The notes below the pieces were generated by a model, which searched no databases, had not been told where the DNA came from, and was given only the letters and a program-made list of their open reading frames with translations. The position numbers and the translations under genes are program-made. A stretch of 64,000 nt of DNA from Bugula neritina (lineage: Eukaryota > Animalia > Bryozoa): positions 12,286,698 to 12,350,697 of the forward strand of contig OZ037765.1 of the NCBI GenBank assembly GCA_964035545.1, in the 5' to 3' direction. Shown here one piece after another: positions 49,752-62,592 of the stretch. Position 1 is the stretch's first letter; each line of letters opens with the position of its first letter.

Positions 49752-52700
49752 TACACTCTTTGGTGTTGAAACTAGGAGTTTAGATTAGATCACCAGTATT
49801 GGGCAATCATACAAAGTCATTATATTCTTCTGCTTAAGAATCTTAGCAAAATTTGGAGTTGTTATGAAGCTATTTATAGTTGTATAATCATTGTGGGACA
49901 ATAATTCTGTTATTAAGGAGTGATTCTCTATGGTCCCCAATTTTTATCAAAAAAAGGTGACATAGTGCAGTAAGCTTGTAGTGAAGCATAAAATTTTTAC
50001 AACAATACACTGTCAACATATTTGTTTTCTCCTAATGGTATTGCTTTCCATGCTTTAGTTTTTCAAGTATTGCTTTTATACGCATACACTCATTTAAGTA
50101 TATGTGTAACATTTAAAAAAAACAGATTGTCGGTGCTATTCACAAATTTGTACTTCTATTTTCCTTTTATTGCGCCCATTTAATCTTGCGTTGCTTCAAC
50201 ATGCTACAATGCTTCACTCTGTTATACCTCATTTATGCATCTTTTTACTGTAGTTTTAAATAAACTGCTTTAAAAGCTTCAATTATATTTATTTTCTGCT
50301 TCCAACTATCACACGAAAAACATCTAAAGTTTAGTATGGTTAGAAAAAGAAAAAAACTTCCAATAGTCAAGCTAGATTAAACACAGCTCTACTGGCATTA
50401 AATCATAACAACATAAACTCATTAAGATCCTAAAATTAATAAAGCAATTATTAACCTATTTGTCATAGCTGGTCAAAAGTTGAATATAAATGAATGTTGT
50501 GAAGGCTAGAAGTATCTAAAATGATAGTATTGAAAGTACCTACTACCTGTCGCATATAAATGTCAGCGAAGTAGCGCTACTTGAATGTCAGGCTGTTAGT
50601 TATATTTGAATATGAAGGCTTATTTAGGCCTATAAAAACTATTTTACAGAGACTACATTATAATCGTTCCAGATCTGATAGGAAATTTGCATGGTAATAC
50701 TTTTTGCCATCAATAAGATTTGATGGCTGGCCATAGATTTCCTCTTCAAGTTAAAAAAAATTCATGGAAGAAAATTAATATTAAAAGCTCTGCTTCACAA
50801 TATACTTATAGTACACTGCTAAATTTAAGTAAGTGTTATTTTCTTAAGCAAAGAATCAATGACATGAACAAACAAATTATGCACGTCAGTATTGTCATAC
50901 AGTGTTGATTACGCACTGCTTTGAGGAAATGAAGAGTATAGGTCACAGTGCCATTGTCTACCAAGTTATCTGTCTTAAATGCTTTTTTTGTTCTATAAAT
51001 ACTTTTATAGTTATCACAGTTAAATTTAATGTAATAATAATAACTGTTTGCTTTTTATCACAAAATCATTTGCTTCACTTCCAAATAATATGTTCAAGAG
51101 TAAAAAGTTAAAGCTAATAAATTATTGCTTTTATGCAGGTATGTTTTTGCACAATAACTATATCAGAAGAGTTTAATATAACTGAAAAAATAACACCATA
51201 ATTATCTCAATTCTTTCATTTGCAATCCTAGCAGCAGAGATATTCAGACTAAATTTAGATGATAATCTTATCTATATAGGCACACTTTTTCAATTTCGCT
51301 TTCGAAAAACATCAATTGATATAAAAAAAATTAGTTTAATATCAGAAAATAAATTGTCTTTGATACATAATGATATTGATAGGTCTTTTGTTATGATATA
51401 TTGTAACATATCAATTACACTGTTGATTTTTTAAAAATGTTTCAAAATAGTTTAAGAGTTTCACATTCATGCACTCCAGACGTTTGCCAAAATCATTAGA
51501 CGACTATTTACTTCTATGTGTAAATACTAAAAAAAATAAATGATGGTGTTTGTCATATCATGAAAATGTTTTTGCTTTATAATATAGCCTAGATAATATA
51601 GGTAAATTTTGTGAGTAACCACACCAATCTTACGAGCAATTGCATAAAGCAGAAGATGTGGGTGAAAGCACCCACCATCTTTCATTTGTGACTTTGTTTT
51701 TACAAAACCTTAGGAACCTTGTGTGTTATTGTTACTCATGCATACGTTGGTCACTATATAATGAAATCAGAGGTTTGAACAAGTTAAAAACTGTACTTTC
51801 CTTTTCACATACATAACACAGAGAGCCTTCTATAGATTAGGTAGGTTGAAAAAGCAGTGCTGAACAGTTTGAAGATATGAGACAACATAGGAATCAATAG
51901 CATTTTTATGTTCGTTAATTCTTCTTTTATCTACTTAGTATTTGCTCTTTAACTCTTTAAAAGGAACTTGTAGTTTCCCATGAACATGCAACTTTTAATA
52001 AAACTTGCTGTACACATGTCAGTTATGAATATATGCTAAAGTTTTTATCACTTTATTGTAAAAGAAACAATTAGTTAAGGTTGTTGCATATACATTATGT
52101 TCTCTTTTGTTGTTCTTTGTTAGTATTGGCTCGTTAGCTACAATGTTATGATATAATATTGCGAAGTATTTATCGTAACTTATTGGATGAATGTACACTT
52201 TGTAGGTCAACTTGTCAGGTTTTATTCTTTCCTTCATGCAAAAAGCAATAGAAACATTTAGGTATTATGCTATAATTGTTTGCCTATTAAAAGGTAACAC
52301 CAAACCACAAGTTATGCTCCTGACACCCCTATTGTCTTAGTCTCCTAGCTGCTTAATCTGATAATGAGTATCTTTGTATTTGCCTGTATATATTGTAATT
52401 GATTTCAGTTATTCACTTATTGAACTTATGTTTTACAATAAAAAAGTAACTATCAAAGTATTGGATATAGTTTAGTTGATTATAACCATTGGTAGTGTGT
52501 TACTAGCTTCCATTTCACTATATTCTAATTAACGTTGGGCTATGCTGAGATGTCAAGACAGGTGTCTAATGTGGGCTTTTCCTATATACAAAAAAGGTTA
52601 GATGCTCTCTATTATTACATGTGTCTTAAACAACCTGGCTTGAATTAGAGAAATTAACCTTAAATTCTGATTTGGTAGAAACATTAGTGCTTCATTTCGA

Positions 52701-53091
52701 AGCTGTGTTTTGTACTGTGTTGATGAGGGACTAAATTCTGAAACAGTTGCTGTACACAGGTTTAGTTTTATATACCATATAAAACATATAAACTTAACTT
52801 GTATTATTGTTACACTTAATGACTACATTATTGTATAAAATTGAGTAAAATTATGAATAGAATGTGCAAATTATTCCACATGTTGAAAACTATCTTCCGT
52901 ACATTGAAGGAAATAGTGTTTTTATGCAAGAAACATTACTTAAAATTTGATTCCTGAATTTCACAGCATTATTATAGCTGTTTAACATGTACTATCACTG
53001 TGTATAAATATACAGTTGGTTACAACACAGCATGCTTATAAACTCATCTCATTATAATAGTAAATTCTCAATTAGCATTTTTGTTCACTAT

Positions 53092-53592
53092 GGTTTTATC
53101 CCAGATCATAGACGCTTCCCAGTTAGACAATATTTTTTATTTTGATATCGTTATATATAATAATATACTTATATAACTGTTGTATTGATTGCTAAATAGC
53201 TAATATGCTAATAGCTAATATAAATTATCTGGAATAATATTCCAATTTTCACGGATTTGTATGGGACAAAAACAGTAATACATTAATAATAGACATTATC
53301 TTTAATGAATACTTATTAACAAATATCTTTTCAAACAACAAGAAGTATAGAAAATGCAAAATTAATAAGTTAATGGCAGATCAAAGGAATTTATCGATGT
53401 GCTAAATAACAAGCAATTGGTCTAAGTTTATTTAAGTATACATGTATTACAATAATATAAAATTGCACATAAAATATATCCTGTACCAGAATAAATAAAT
53501 AGCGTCGAACCGGAAAGCATCCATGTGGGAAGCGTTTAAGTTGAAAATTTAGCCTAGCGTATAACTGGGAAGCGTCTATCTAGGATGACACC
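53092..53592. mobile_element. 501-bp MITE with 8-bp TSD, Merlin-like
   Basis: TSD TTCACTAT (53084-53091, 53593-53600); GG..CC termini; inverted ATAGACGCTTCCCAGTTA / TAACTGGGAAGCGTCTAT. Confidence 0.75.
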
Positions 53593-54045
53593 TTCACTAT
53601 ATGTCATTTAAATTCTGAATGGTAAAATTGAGCAGCCTATAATATTATTTTAACAACTTTAAGAAAAGGAATTATTTGCATGTGAATTATTTACGAAAAT
53701 ATAGCAGGTCACCAGCTAGTGTTGAAACTATCACCTATTATAAGGAACATAATGGACATATCATAAAATTAAAATGTAAAAAATTCACAATACAATAATG
53801 ATAAATTCAACTATAAAAGTGTTAACAATACAATATAATTACAGCATATATCACAAACCTTAATGTTCATCTTCATAAGAGTTATAAGAATTATAATAAA
53901 CATCAAATACTCAATTTATTACTGTTACAAACCCTTTGTTGCCTCCTAACAATCATCACTTTTCGATATTCGTTGTGACCTACAGAATGTAAGTCAAATA
54001 TTTCTGACATATTTTTGACTGTAACTCATTCTAAACCTCCGTATT

Positions 54046-56615
54046 ATGTCAGAATTTGCTGACATCCGATACACTGCAGCAATAGCTAAGTGTAGAGGGA
54101 CTTATGAGCATATATCAGATATTGCTGATGATGTACCTATAAGAACTAAAGTTGATTATTGGAGAGAAGCCCCTTTCTCTAAGCCTTACCATCCTGATCA
54201 TTTGCTCTTTAGTAATGAACCTAATAAGGTCACAGCTACTTCTTCTCAGCTTTCTCAAGAGGCCCGTAAAAGGTAGACTACTAAACATGAGCTAGTTGTA
54301 ACTCCTGAGCTGTGTTGTTGTCTTACAGTTACAGACATTATAATTAATTATTATAATTTGGATTTGGCTGTTCTTTTAAAATGTGTTTCTGGTGAATCGC
54401 AAAGTATAACGGCTCACCTATAACTGCATACGTAAACTATACTCTACAGTCTACAGCTACTGTGTATGCTACTAGGTGCAGATTCCATTTTATATAGTCT
54501 CTAAAACCCTGCACATTACACTGAGCTTTGCATAATTATTCTATATTATATGCACATTTAGTATTTACATAGTAATATAATATGAACTGTATCATATCGT
54601 AGAGATAATAATCATGTGCACATGCAAGTAATTGAATAGTTGTATGTAATAGTAGAACAATATTAGTAATTTCGTTTATGGTACACAATTCAACCAGCTT
54701 AGACTAAGAAAAACAGGCTAAACTTTAATTTATACCAAAGTGATGCTTACCCAATTAACAAAAAACAATGATATTGCCTGTTGGGTAAAAAAGTTTCTTC
54801 AAAACAGGGGAGGTAACTCCGGTTTCAATCTTTTAACTGTTGAGGTTGTAAAAAGAATTCTGTCAGTCATAATAAGCTAAATATTGGTGTGAATTATAAA
54901 GAAACTATAGAGCATCTGCATACTATAAAAATTAAAATTCAAAACGCTAAAACAAAAAAGTGGCAGCTTAGAGAATATCAGGTATATCCAAAAGAGCATT
55001 TTACCAAAGCCTCTGCCTGCTTGTCAATCTTTGGTCAACATTTTTTTGAGAGAAACTTTCATACGTCTACAAAATTCTCAAAAATATTCTTTTAAATATT
55101 ACAACTGAGTTACTCAAATAATTGCATATCTATTTGAAATTCCACGATGTCCCTTTGAAAATTGCTCAACTCCTGCAAATTTACCCCCTTTCAAAGGAGA
55201 GCCTCCTCCCCCAGACACAAAAAAGTCGCATGCATATTTGAAATCTGTAGAATTTTGGCTCCGTCATGATATATAGCAACAAAGGTTAATATTGATTTGC
55301 TCTACCCGCCCATTTTTGCATACTGGCACCCCCACTATAAGTATAATATAAACATCTGAGCTGTGCATGGTATTTGTTTCATTGATCAATTGTTGCTAGT
55401 TGGTGTTGTGTTTTAGTCAGTACCATGAATCCTGTCAGCCGAGGAAACCTCCCAACTATGTGGATAAGCCTCCTATGACAGAGGCAGAGCTCAAAAAAGC
55501 TGATGCTGTGTCACAAGATGAAATATGGAAGCAAAGTGTTGGTAATGAGCAAAGAGGCCTAAAAAAGTGGGAAAGTGCCTACGGCTATCTCGCAGAATAT
55601 GATTTCAGGGTAATTTATTGTTATTAAATTATAATTATCATATAATGCATAAAAATTTTGCTTGTTTTGAATTGTCTTTTCTATGGGGGAGTCGTCTATA
55701 ATTTATAGAACCAGACTTTAATTAGGATGTGTAATTTGTGTCCTGACAGTTTTCATTTAGGAGTGGTGGTGGAGAAATGGAGATATAGCCTATGTTCTTC
55801 AATTTTTTTATTAAATTTTTGTTTGAGATGCGGGTAAAAATTCTTACAAAGACAAAACTTCTACATTGTTACTTGCTACATTTTTAATCTAGAACTTAGG
55901 TTTTTCTCAATTTCTCCATTACTTCACCTACTTCCTCTGTCTGATGCCAGAAGTTGACCAAACTTTGCACAAGCAACTCTCGGGCACATATAGTCGTGGA
56001 ACTTGTTGAATTCATATAAATGTGGGACTGCTTTCAATCTAACAATATACTACATTTCAAAATTGTAAGACATTACCCTACAGAAAACAAGTGGCTGTTG
56101 AGCAATATAGGTAACGAAGGTAATATAAGTTAAGCTAGTGTAATCAGAGTGTTTTAATAGAGCATTAATCTCATTGAAATAACTGTTTAGCACCAATGGC
56201 ATTATGCCATCCAAGTTGACTGTAAAACCTCAATATCTAGTGTATACTAATAAGCAATACTGACAGCACCTATAAATAATTTGTTTGTAAATAAAAGTGT
56301 AATGTCTAAAATAACTGTAAGAAAGATTCTCCAAAAAAACATCAATAATTAGGATCTTGTACTTGGAATAAATTGTTATAGCCATTGTAATGCTATAAAT
56401 TAGTGGTTTCACTACAGGGAAATCCCATTACTAAAGAACCTTTACCAGAATCTTATGAACAATTTAAATCTGATGGACCTGTCCCAATAACAAACTCTAA
56501 ACACTATGGCTCTAGGATACAGACAGAGGAAGGACAGAGAATGCTTAGACTAGAGCATCAACTTTCTAAAAGTAATAAAAGAAAGAAGTTGGATGCTGAA
56601 ATGATTTGTTATTAA
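54046..56615 (+). CDS. C2orf50/CIMIP5-like ciliary microtubule inner protein (exons 54046-54272, 55417-55609, 56418-56615)
   Basis: In-frame splicing gives ..VSQDEIWKQSVGNEQRGLKKWESAYGYLAEYDFRGNP..PLP..VPITNSKHYGSRIQTEEGQRMLRLE..KRKKLD, resembling the C2orf50 family pattern (DxxW..ExR..W..L.xYD..GN..GSR..T..G). Confidence 0.75.
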
Positions 56616-57499
56616 CGGCTTGCCAAGCTGTCATGTGAAGAGTCACACAGCTTAGTAATAACCAGAGAAATGTTGTATTGAGACCATGTATTGAAAGATA
56701 TGTACTCCATAATTAGCAGAAAATATCAATTATATCATAAATCATCTGATATCAAACTTTTCTTGCATGACAGTTAGTTTGTTATATATGCATAGATATT
56801 TTGTGTTAAAGTGCTATAAGAAGCTATATTAAAATTTCAAACATTTTTCTGCTTCAAACTACTCAATAGAAAATTTATCTGTTTATATTTTTTTGTCATT
56901 AGTTGCCATGTTATTTAGACATTGGCTATTGAAACTAACTCTTCAATTTATGCTAACATAATGTAACAAACTATAGCAAATGACAAACAGTGTGATTTGT
57001 TTATATGAGATTATACTAAATAGTTATATTGATAGTGTAATTAAACTTGAAAGTTAAATTTCAAATAAATAGTGAAATTATGATTATCAGCTTTTTTGTA
57101 CTTTATGCTGCTTTATAATTTATTCTGTGTGTTGCCCATACTTGTTTATTTACGTGTTATTATTAGTAAATTAAGTGAGTATATTGTAAAATACATCGTG
57201 CATGTGTAATTATGATTTATGACCATTGTCATTGTGTCTCTTGCTCAGCATCAAGTTATTACTGTTACTGTGCACGAGAATTAGGTAGGATATCTGAGTG
57301 TAGCTCTGTCCTTGATTGCTGCAGAGGGAACAAACCTGTAACTCTAATAGCATTATGTACCTTATTATAGAGACCCCCAAAGTATCACTGTATCTTTATA
57401 AGTTATATAGCTATGTTTAATACATGTATAATATAATATAATTATTTGCAATATAGCGTACGATTTGCTGTTTTAAAACACATAAACACAAAGCACTCT

Positions 57500-57720
57500 A
57501 AGAAATATTATTATTCATTATTTTATGACAATGTACTCGGTTAAATTATACGGCAATCTTGTAATAGGATTATACCATACGGAATTGCGATACTGAAGTT
57601 GGTTTTCCCCGTGAACAAGCGAATACATTTTTATACCAAGTTCCAAGTTTCCGAGTAACAAAATTACATTTACTGATTTAGTGTATATTTTAAATTTGCC
57701 CTCAAACACTGCGGCTATAA
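57500..57720 (+). promoter_or_regulatory. Putative promoter island for the CLCC1-like gene
   Basis: Local CpG cluster (with CGGAATT) immediately before a periodic tract. Inference only. Confidence 0.3.
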
Positions 57721-58250
57721 ATATTAGTATTACGTAATTATGGTTATAAGTTTATAAGTTATTGATCAGAATGAAAATTACAACAAAGTTTTATAATACT
57801 TTATATTTATATTCATATTGTAAATTTCAAGCTGATGCTTCTGGTCATGCCGTCATGGACTGTCAGTGTCACTGTGGACATAGTCATTAAAAGTTGGTCA
57901 ATCACAATCACAATGTCATAGTGATACTGATAGTCATAGTCATAGTGATCAATCCCATGTCTCAGCCTCATGACCATGAGCATGTGCTATGATCACTTGA
58001 AGTTTATGGTGATATTTATTTTATATTATAATCATCATTATGATTATCATTATGATTATGATAATCATAAAGGAACTATGGTCAAATTTATACAAACTGA
58101 AAATAATCTAATTCTAGTCCTATGGCCATGGCTAGTTATATTGATATTATTTTCATATTGATATTGATGAAATATAGCTCATACCTATAAGTATTACTAT
58201 AAGTGTATGTATAGTCATTATAATTTGCAGTGATAATAATTATTTACTAT

Positions 58251-58798
58251 TGTGATGGCCGTGGCACATGTTGTGTTACCTCCCTTCCCTATGTTGTACT
58301 TGGAACCACCTCTATGCGTCAGTATCAAGCAACTGTATTATGGTCAAACTCTATTATTGCATTCCTTTGTGCCGCTCGCAGCACCCTGTAAAATGCTGCA
58401 CGCTTCACGGACAGCTGCGCGGGGTACTGCGACGGCCCATCACGACCCCTGCTGCCAGAACCTATGGACCAATCGACATCAAGCTTGCTTTTATAAACAA
58501 GCTCTGAGCACCCAGACACACTTGGCTACTAGACTTATTACTGTGCTAACTAGTGTATAATCTCCCGCCACTTGCACAGGACCACGGCGGTGAAAGGTGA
58601 CCAACTAGTGTATAATCTACATTGTTGTTAACTACTTTTATCTTGATGTAATCTTACCTACTTAGTGATATAAATATACTTATTATCCTACGGACCACAA
58701 GCTCAGTTCTCTCTCTCAAACACACAAGCAAAGAGTATGTTCTAGCATTGCAACACGCCTAAACCACAACTTAGTAGTTATCGCACAAAACTACAACA
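58251..58798 (+). mobile_element. Solo LTR (Gypsy-like) A
   Basis: TG..CA termini and 4-bp TSD CTAT on both sides; homologous to solo LTR B in inverted orientation. Strand is relative only. Confidence 0.75.
58564..58602 (+). mobile_element. 39-bp RTE 3'-end micro-insertion
   Basis: 16-bp TSD AACTAGTGTATAATCT (58548-58563, 58603-58618); the insert is a near reverse complement of 41065-41103. Confidence 0.85.
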
Positions 58799-59166
58799 CT
58801 ATCACTATGAGTATGTCTATCATATTTATATTGACATTAGGGTAACACGGATTTAGATAATATTAAGGATAGTATCAGTATAATTATTAGCAATAGTTGT
58901 ATAGTAAATTTAGAATAGTATTGTGACTTGTTGAAAATAATTTTATACTCAACTGTTGACATATAACTTGTAGTTAGACTTAAGGTCAGTGTGAGTAAAC
59001 TGAGTCTGGCTGATTAAATGTGACACTCACACTGACAGTGAGAATGAACTAATTATCATTGTCATTATATAACTTCAACTTGTACTTTTGAAATAGGACA
59101 TCGAGTCCACCTATAACTTGACTGTAACAGCAGTGAAACTAAGACTTGGTCGTTCTGTATAAGTAT

Positions 59167-59683
59167 TGTTGTAGTTTGTGCAATTAACTACTATGTGTAG
59201 ATGTATGCGTGTATGAGAAGCTGGAACATAACTCTTTGTATTTCTCCAAGAGAGAGAACTGCGAGTATATCGAGAATGATAGTTGTATTTACAGACTTAG
59301 CATTCGAGAAAAGATATCGAAGTAAGAACAATAGTACAACATCAGAACCATTCATAAGTAATAATACTAGCTGAGGCCTAAGTGTCCTGGGTGCATGAAT
59401 TGTCCTGCTTATATAAAGGAGCTTAATCCTGATTGGCTCCGCGAGTTCCGGTCTCCCTGCGGATGACTATCTGCAGCAAAGGCCACTATTCTGCCTAGTA
59501 CAGAGCACGAAATCCCAAGAGTGTAGTCATGCTGCATGCACGTGTAGCGTCATAGTTTAAAAATAGAAACGGGCTGCTAGTGTACTTGCAGTAACAGTCA
59601 CACATCGTTAGTTGAGTAGGCTATGGTCCATGTTGCGATAAAGAAGGGGGGGGGGTGACATAATGTATGCCACAGCCATTACA
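59167..59683 (-). mobile_element. Solo LTR (Gypsy-like) B
   Basis: TG..CA termini and 4-bp TSD GTAT. Its ends match the reverse complement of solo LTR A (tgtaatggctgtggca vs tgtgatggccgtggca; tgttgtagtttgtgc vs tgttgtagttttgtgc). Confidence 0.75.
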
Positions 59684-59952
59684 GTATAACTAATACTAAG
59701 AATTTCATTAACTGTTATTTTAGGCCCAAACAGAACTGGTCAAAGTCACTCGTCACTTAAGGAAATTGACCCGTTGACTTTTACCAAATTTTTTTATAAA
59801 TAAATTATCAGCAATTTTTTTACTGTTACACAGTTTTAATGTATTTGAGTTATTTTCAGTAATTATTTCAATTAGGTCTTCTACAGATAAGCAGTCTAAC
59901 AGTTTTTAAATCAAGCTGATTTTTTTAGATATAATATTTATTTCTGAAGGTT

Positions 59953-62279
59953 ATGGAGTCTCATGTAAAATGGTATACAGCCCTGTGCATAGGCTCTGTT
60001 TATTCATTTCTATATGCACTATATGTAGCTATAGGTAAGTCTTATACTTGTTACTTTTGTGGCCTAAATTTTTTTCTCCAATAAGCTGTTGTGCAAGTGA
60101 TAAAGTAAAAAAGGTGTTATTCAAAATAGCAGATTGCTTTTTTTATTTATGTCTCAGTTATGTTTTCGTGTTGAAATATAAAACTAAAATTAGGTTTTAT
60201 TTTGTAATACATGTTTCAATATTTTGACTTTCTCATAGTACTTTGCATTCATTGTCTTCTTTCACTGCAATTTGCTAAACTTTTTAATTATTTGTCTGTT
60301 TGAGTATAAGTACTCTAAATAGATGTAATAAAATATTCTAACGTATTTGCTTGGTGAGCAAAATTGTGCCCCTAACCGGTTTTAGGATGTTTTGTAGATG
60401 TGCCTATGAAAGTTTTGTACAATAATCCAAATTGAAAAATCTAATTTTTTTTCGTAAAACATATCAATTGGTTTTCCAGGCTATAAAAGTTTTATTTAAA
60501 GTGGAGCGTCTGTTGTTCTGAAAAATATGTGAATATTCTCAAATATTATGTTTTGTGTGTTACAGAGAGTATCAACCAAGAATATTATCAGTCATGGTGG
60601 ACCATGTTGATTAGACTCTTCACTTATAATGATACAGCTAACAAAGAAAGGCATTTCTTCATAATAGTGTTGTCATCTATACTTCTCAGTTCTATTACTG
60701 TGTTGACTGGTTGTTGGATGTTTTGCTCTAAAAACCTTTTCAAAAGAATGCTTTTTATGAAAACAAATAGAAGGAAAGACCAAATAAATATTTTAACATT
60801 TTTTAACGCATTTATTGTTTTAGTATGTGTGATTATTTTTATTAGGACTGGATTCACGATTTTTATTATATTCACTTTTGCATACCTTGTGTCTTCTAGT
60901 AGAGCAATGTTTTTCAGTGACTTTTTATCTTTCAAGAGTCTTCTATGGACGATATTAGGTTGGTTTACTATTGTTAGTATTCCTTGGGAGTTTATCAGAC
61001 TCTATCACCACCAGTTGGCCTTGCAAATCAGTCAAAGTGTTAATGTAAGTACGTTTAAATTGTTTATTTTATAATATTTTAGCACTCAACTTCTCTTATT
61101 ATATCAATTGATATTTTATCATTCGTTGCAGTATTATTTGAATTCAATTATGTAAAACTATATTTTGTGTGCGTTGCAGTGGCGTTTTATTTCATGGGAG
61201 CAGTCAAACATATTATGTTGAAATTTTTCTTGTTCACAAAGATTATAGCACTTTCTATTACAGCAAAAATATTGCAGGGTTTACCCAGAGAATGCTTACC
61301 CAGCCAAGCTACATCATGGAGTCTTATAACCGTGTGGCTAAAAGAAACGTTTACTTGGAGAAATGATGACAAATGCTTACAGTACCACAAAGCTATGCTA
61401 ATCAATCCGATATGGGAAGTAACTCCTGCTAAGGTCAGCAGAGATATAAACTTTTAAATAGCAATCTAACGTTTTAGTAGTGTCACAACATTCTGCAAGT
61501 GGTATACTGTACTTTGCTATACAGAAAATTGGGAACATTATTGTGGACAAGTAATTTTGAGTTGCATTTTTTAGCTGATGGCATTAAAGGATATTTTTGC
61601 AAAATATGTTGCTCTCTATTTAGTTATTAACTAAAATGAATAAAAAGCAGTGAATATTTGTAAACTGCTTTTAGCCAGTTTTTTGGCACCATTAGGCAAT
61701 TTAGCAAGCAACTTGTCTATTCTGTTGAAATTCCAACCATCACATATTCAAAACACCAACAAAATTAGTTGATGCAGTGTAACCATTATATGCTAACATC
61801 TCCTTTAAACTAAAATATTTTCATGTTTCCTGTAAATTTTACTTGGTGCTGAAAAAAGGTTTAGTTGAATTAATTTTTAATTAGGATTTTTAGTACATGT
61901 AAATTATAATAAACAAAATAGTCTGCAAGATCAATTGGTCGAATTTTCAGAAAAGACAACTTATCATATTTCCCTTATTATTGCACTAAAATCATATTTC
62001 TGCTAATTCTTGTACTAAAAGTTTATCTTTTAGGTACTTATATCTCTCCTGACCACCTGCATTACACAACCTCTGGAGGGTTTAGCCAACGCATTAGGAT
62101 TCTCTTATAAACTTTTTTTTCAACACATTCCTGTACAATGGCAGCCATTTATATTTATCCAACTATTTGTATTTTTGATAGTCTTTGTATTTGTCTTCAA
62201 CAAATATAGATTTAGTTTTCCATTATTTACTTTAGAGCCAAAGGTATCACTACCTATGTTGAAACATAGACAAACGTAA
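59953..62279 (+). CDS. CLCC1/MCLC-domain membrane protein, short form (exons 59953-60034, 60566-61044, 61278-61433, 62034-62279)
   Basis: SIPWEFIRLY..C..W..WLKETFTWRNDDKCLQYHKAMLINPIWEVTPAK | VL..TTCITQPLEGL..FFQHIP matches the CLCC1 core ([30 protein letters not shown]). The 3' end is uncertain because of a possible donor at 62276. Confidence 0.75.
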
Positions 62280-62592
62280 GATTTATTTTGCGGATTTTAT
62301 GCCAAAATTGAGCTTTACAATTATAAAATAATGTGTTGAAATAAATTTGATATGTTGTAAAAAAATACAAATCTCAACAGATATCCATTTATGCATGCAT
62401 ATATTGCAATCAATAAATTAATCTAAAAATTATATATTATGCATCGATGTGATTTCTATAGTTTAGTGTATAAACAAACATTAGAATAAAAAATTCCCAT
62501 AGTTTCAGCCGTGAATAAAATTGTTGAGCTGAAAATTTTCAACTAAGACAAACATCCTAACACATAATGTATTTTGCTACTCTGAGAAAAAA

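Larger units (their letters stand above)
57725..59165. repeat. Cryptic ~6-bp periodic tract (T5), interrupted by a solo LTR
   Basis: Examples: gatagtcatagtcatagtgat, tcattatgattatcattatgattatgataatcat, tgtgacactcacactgacagtg. Confidence 0.6.

Noticed and set aside
58251-59683. Single large TIR transposon
   Set aside because: The two halves each have their own different TSD and TG..CA ends, consistent with two solo LTRs.
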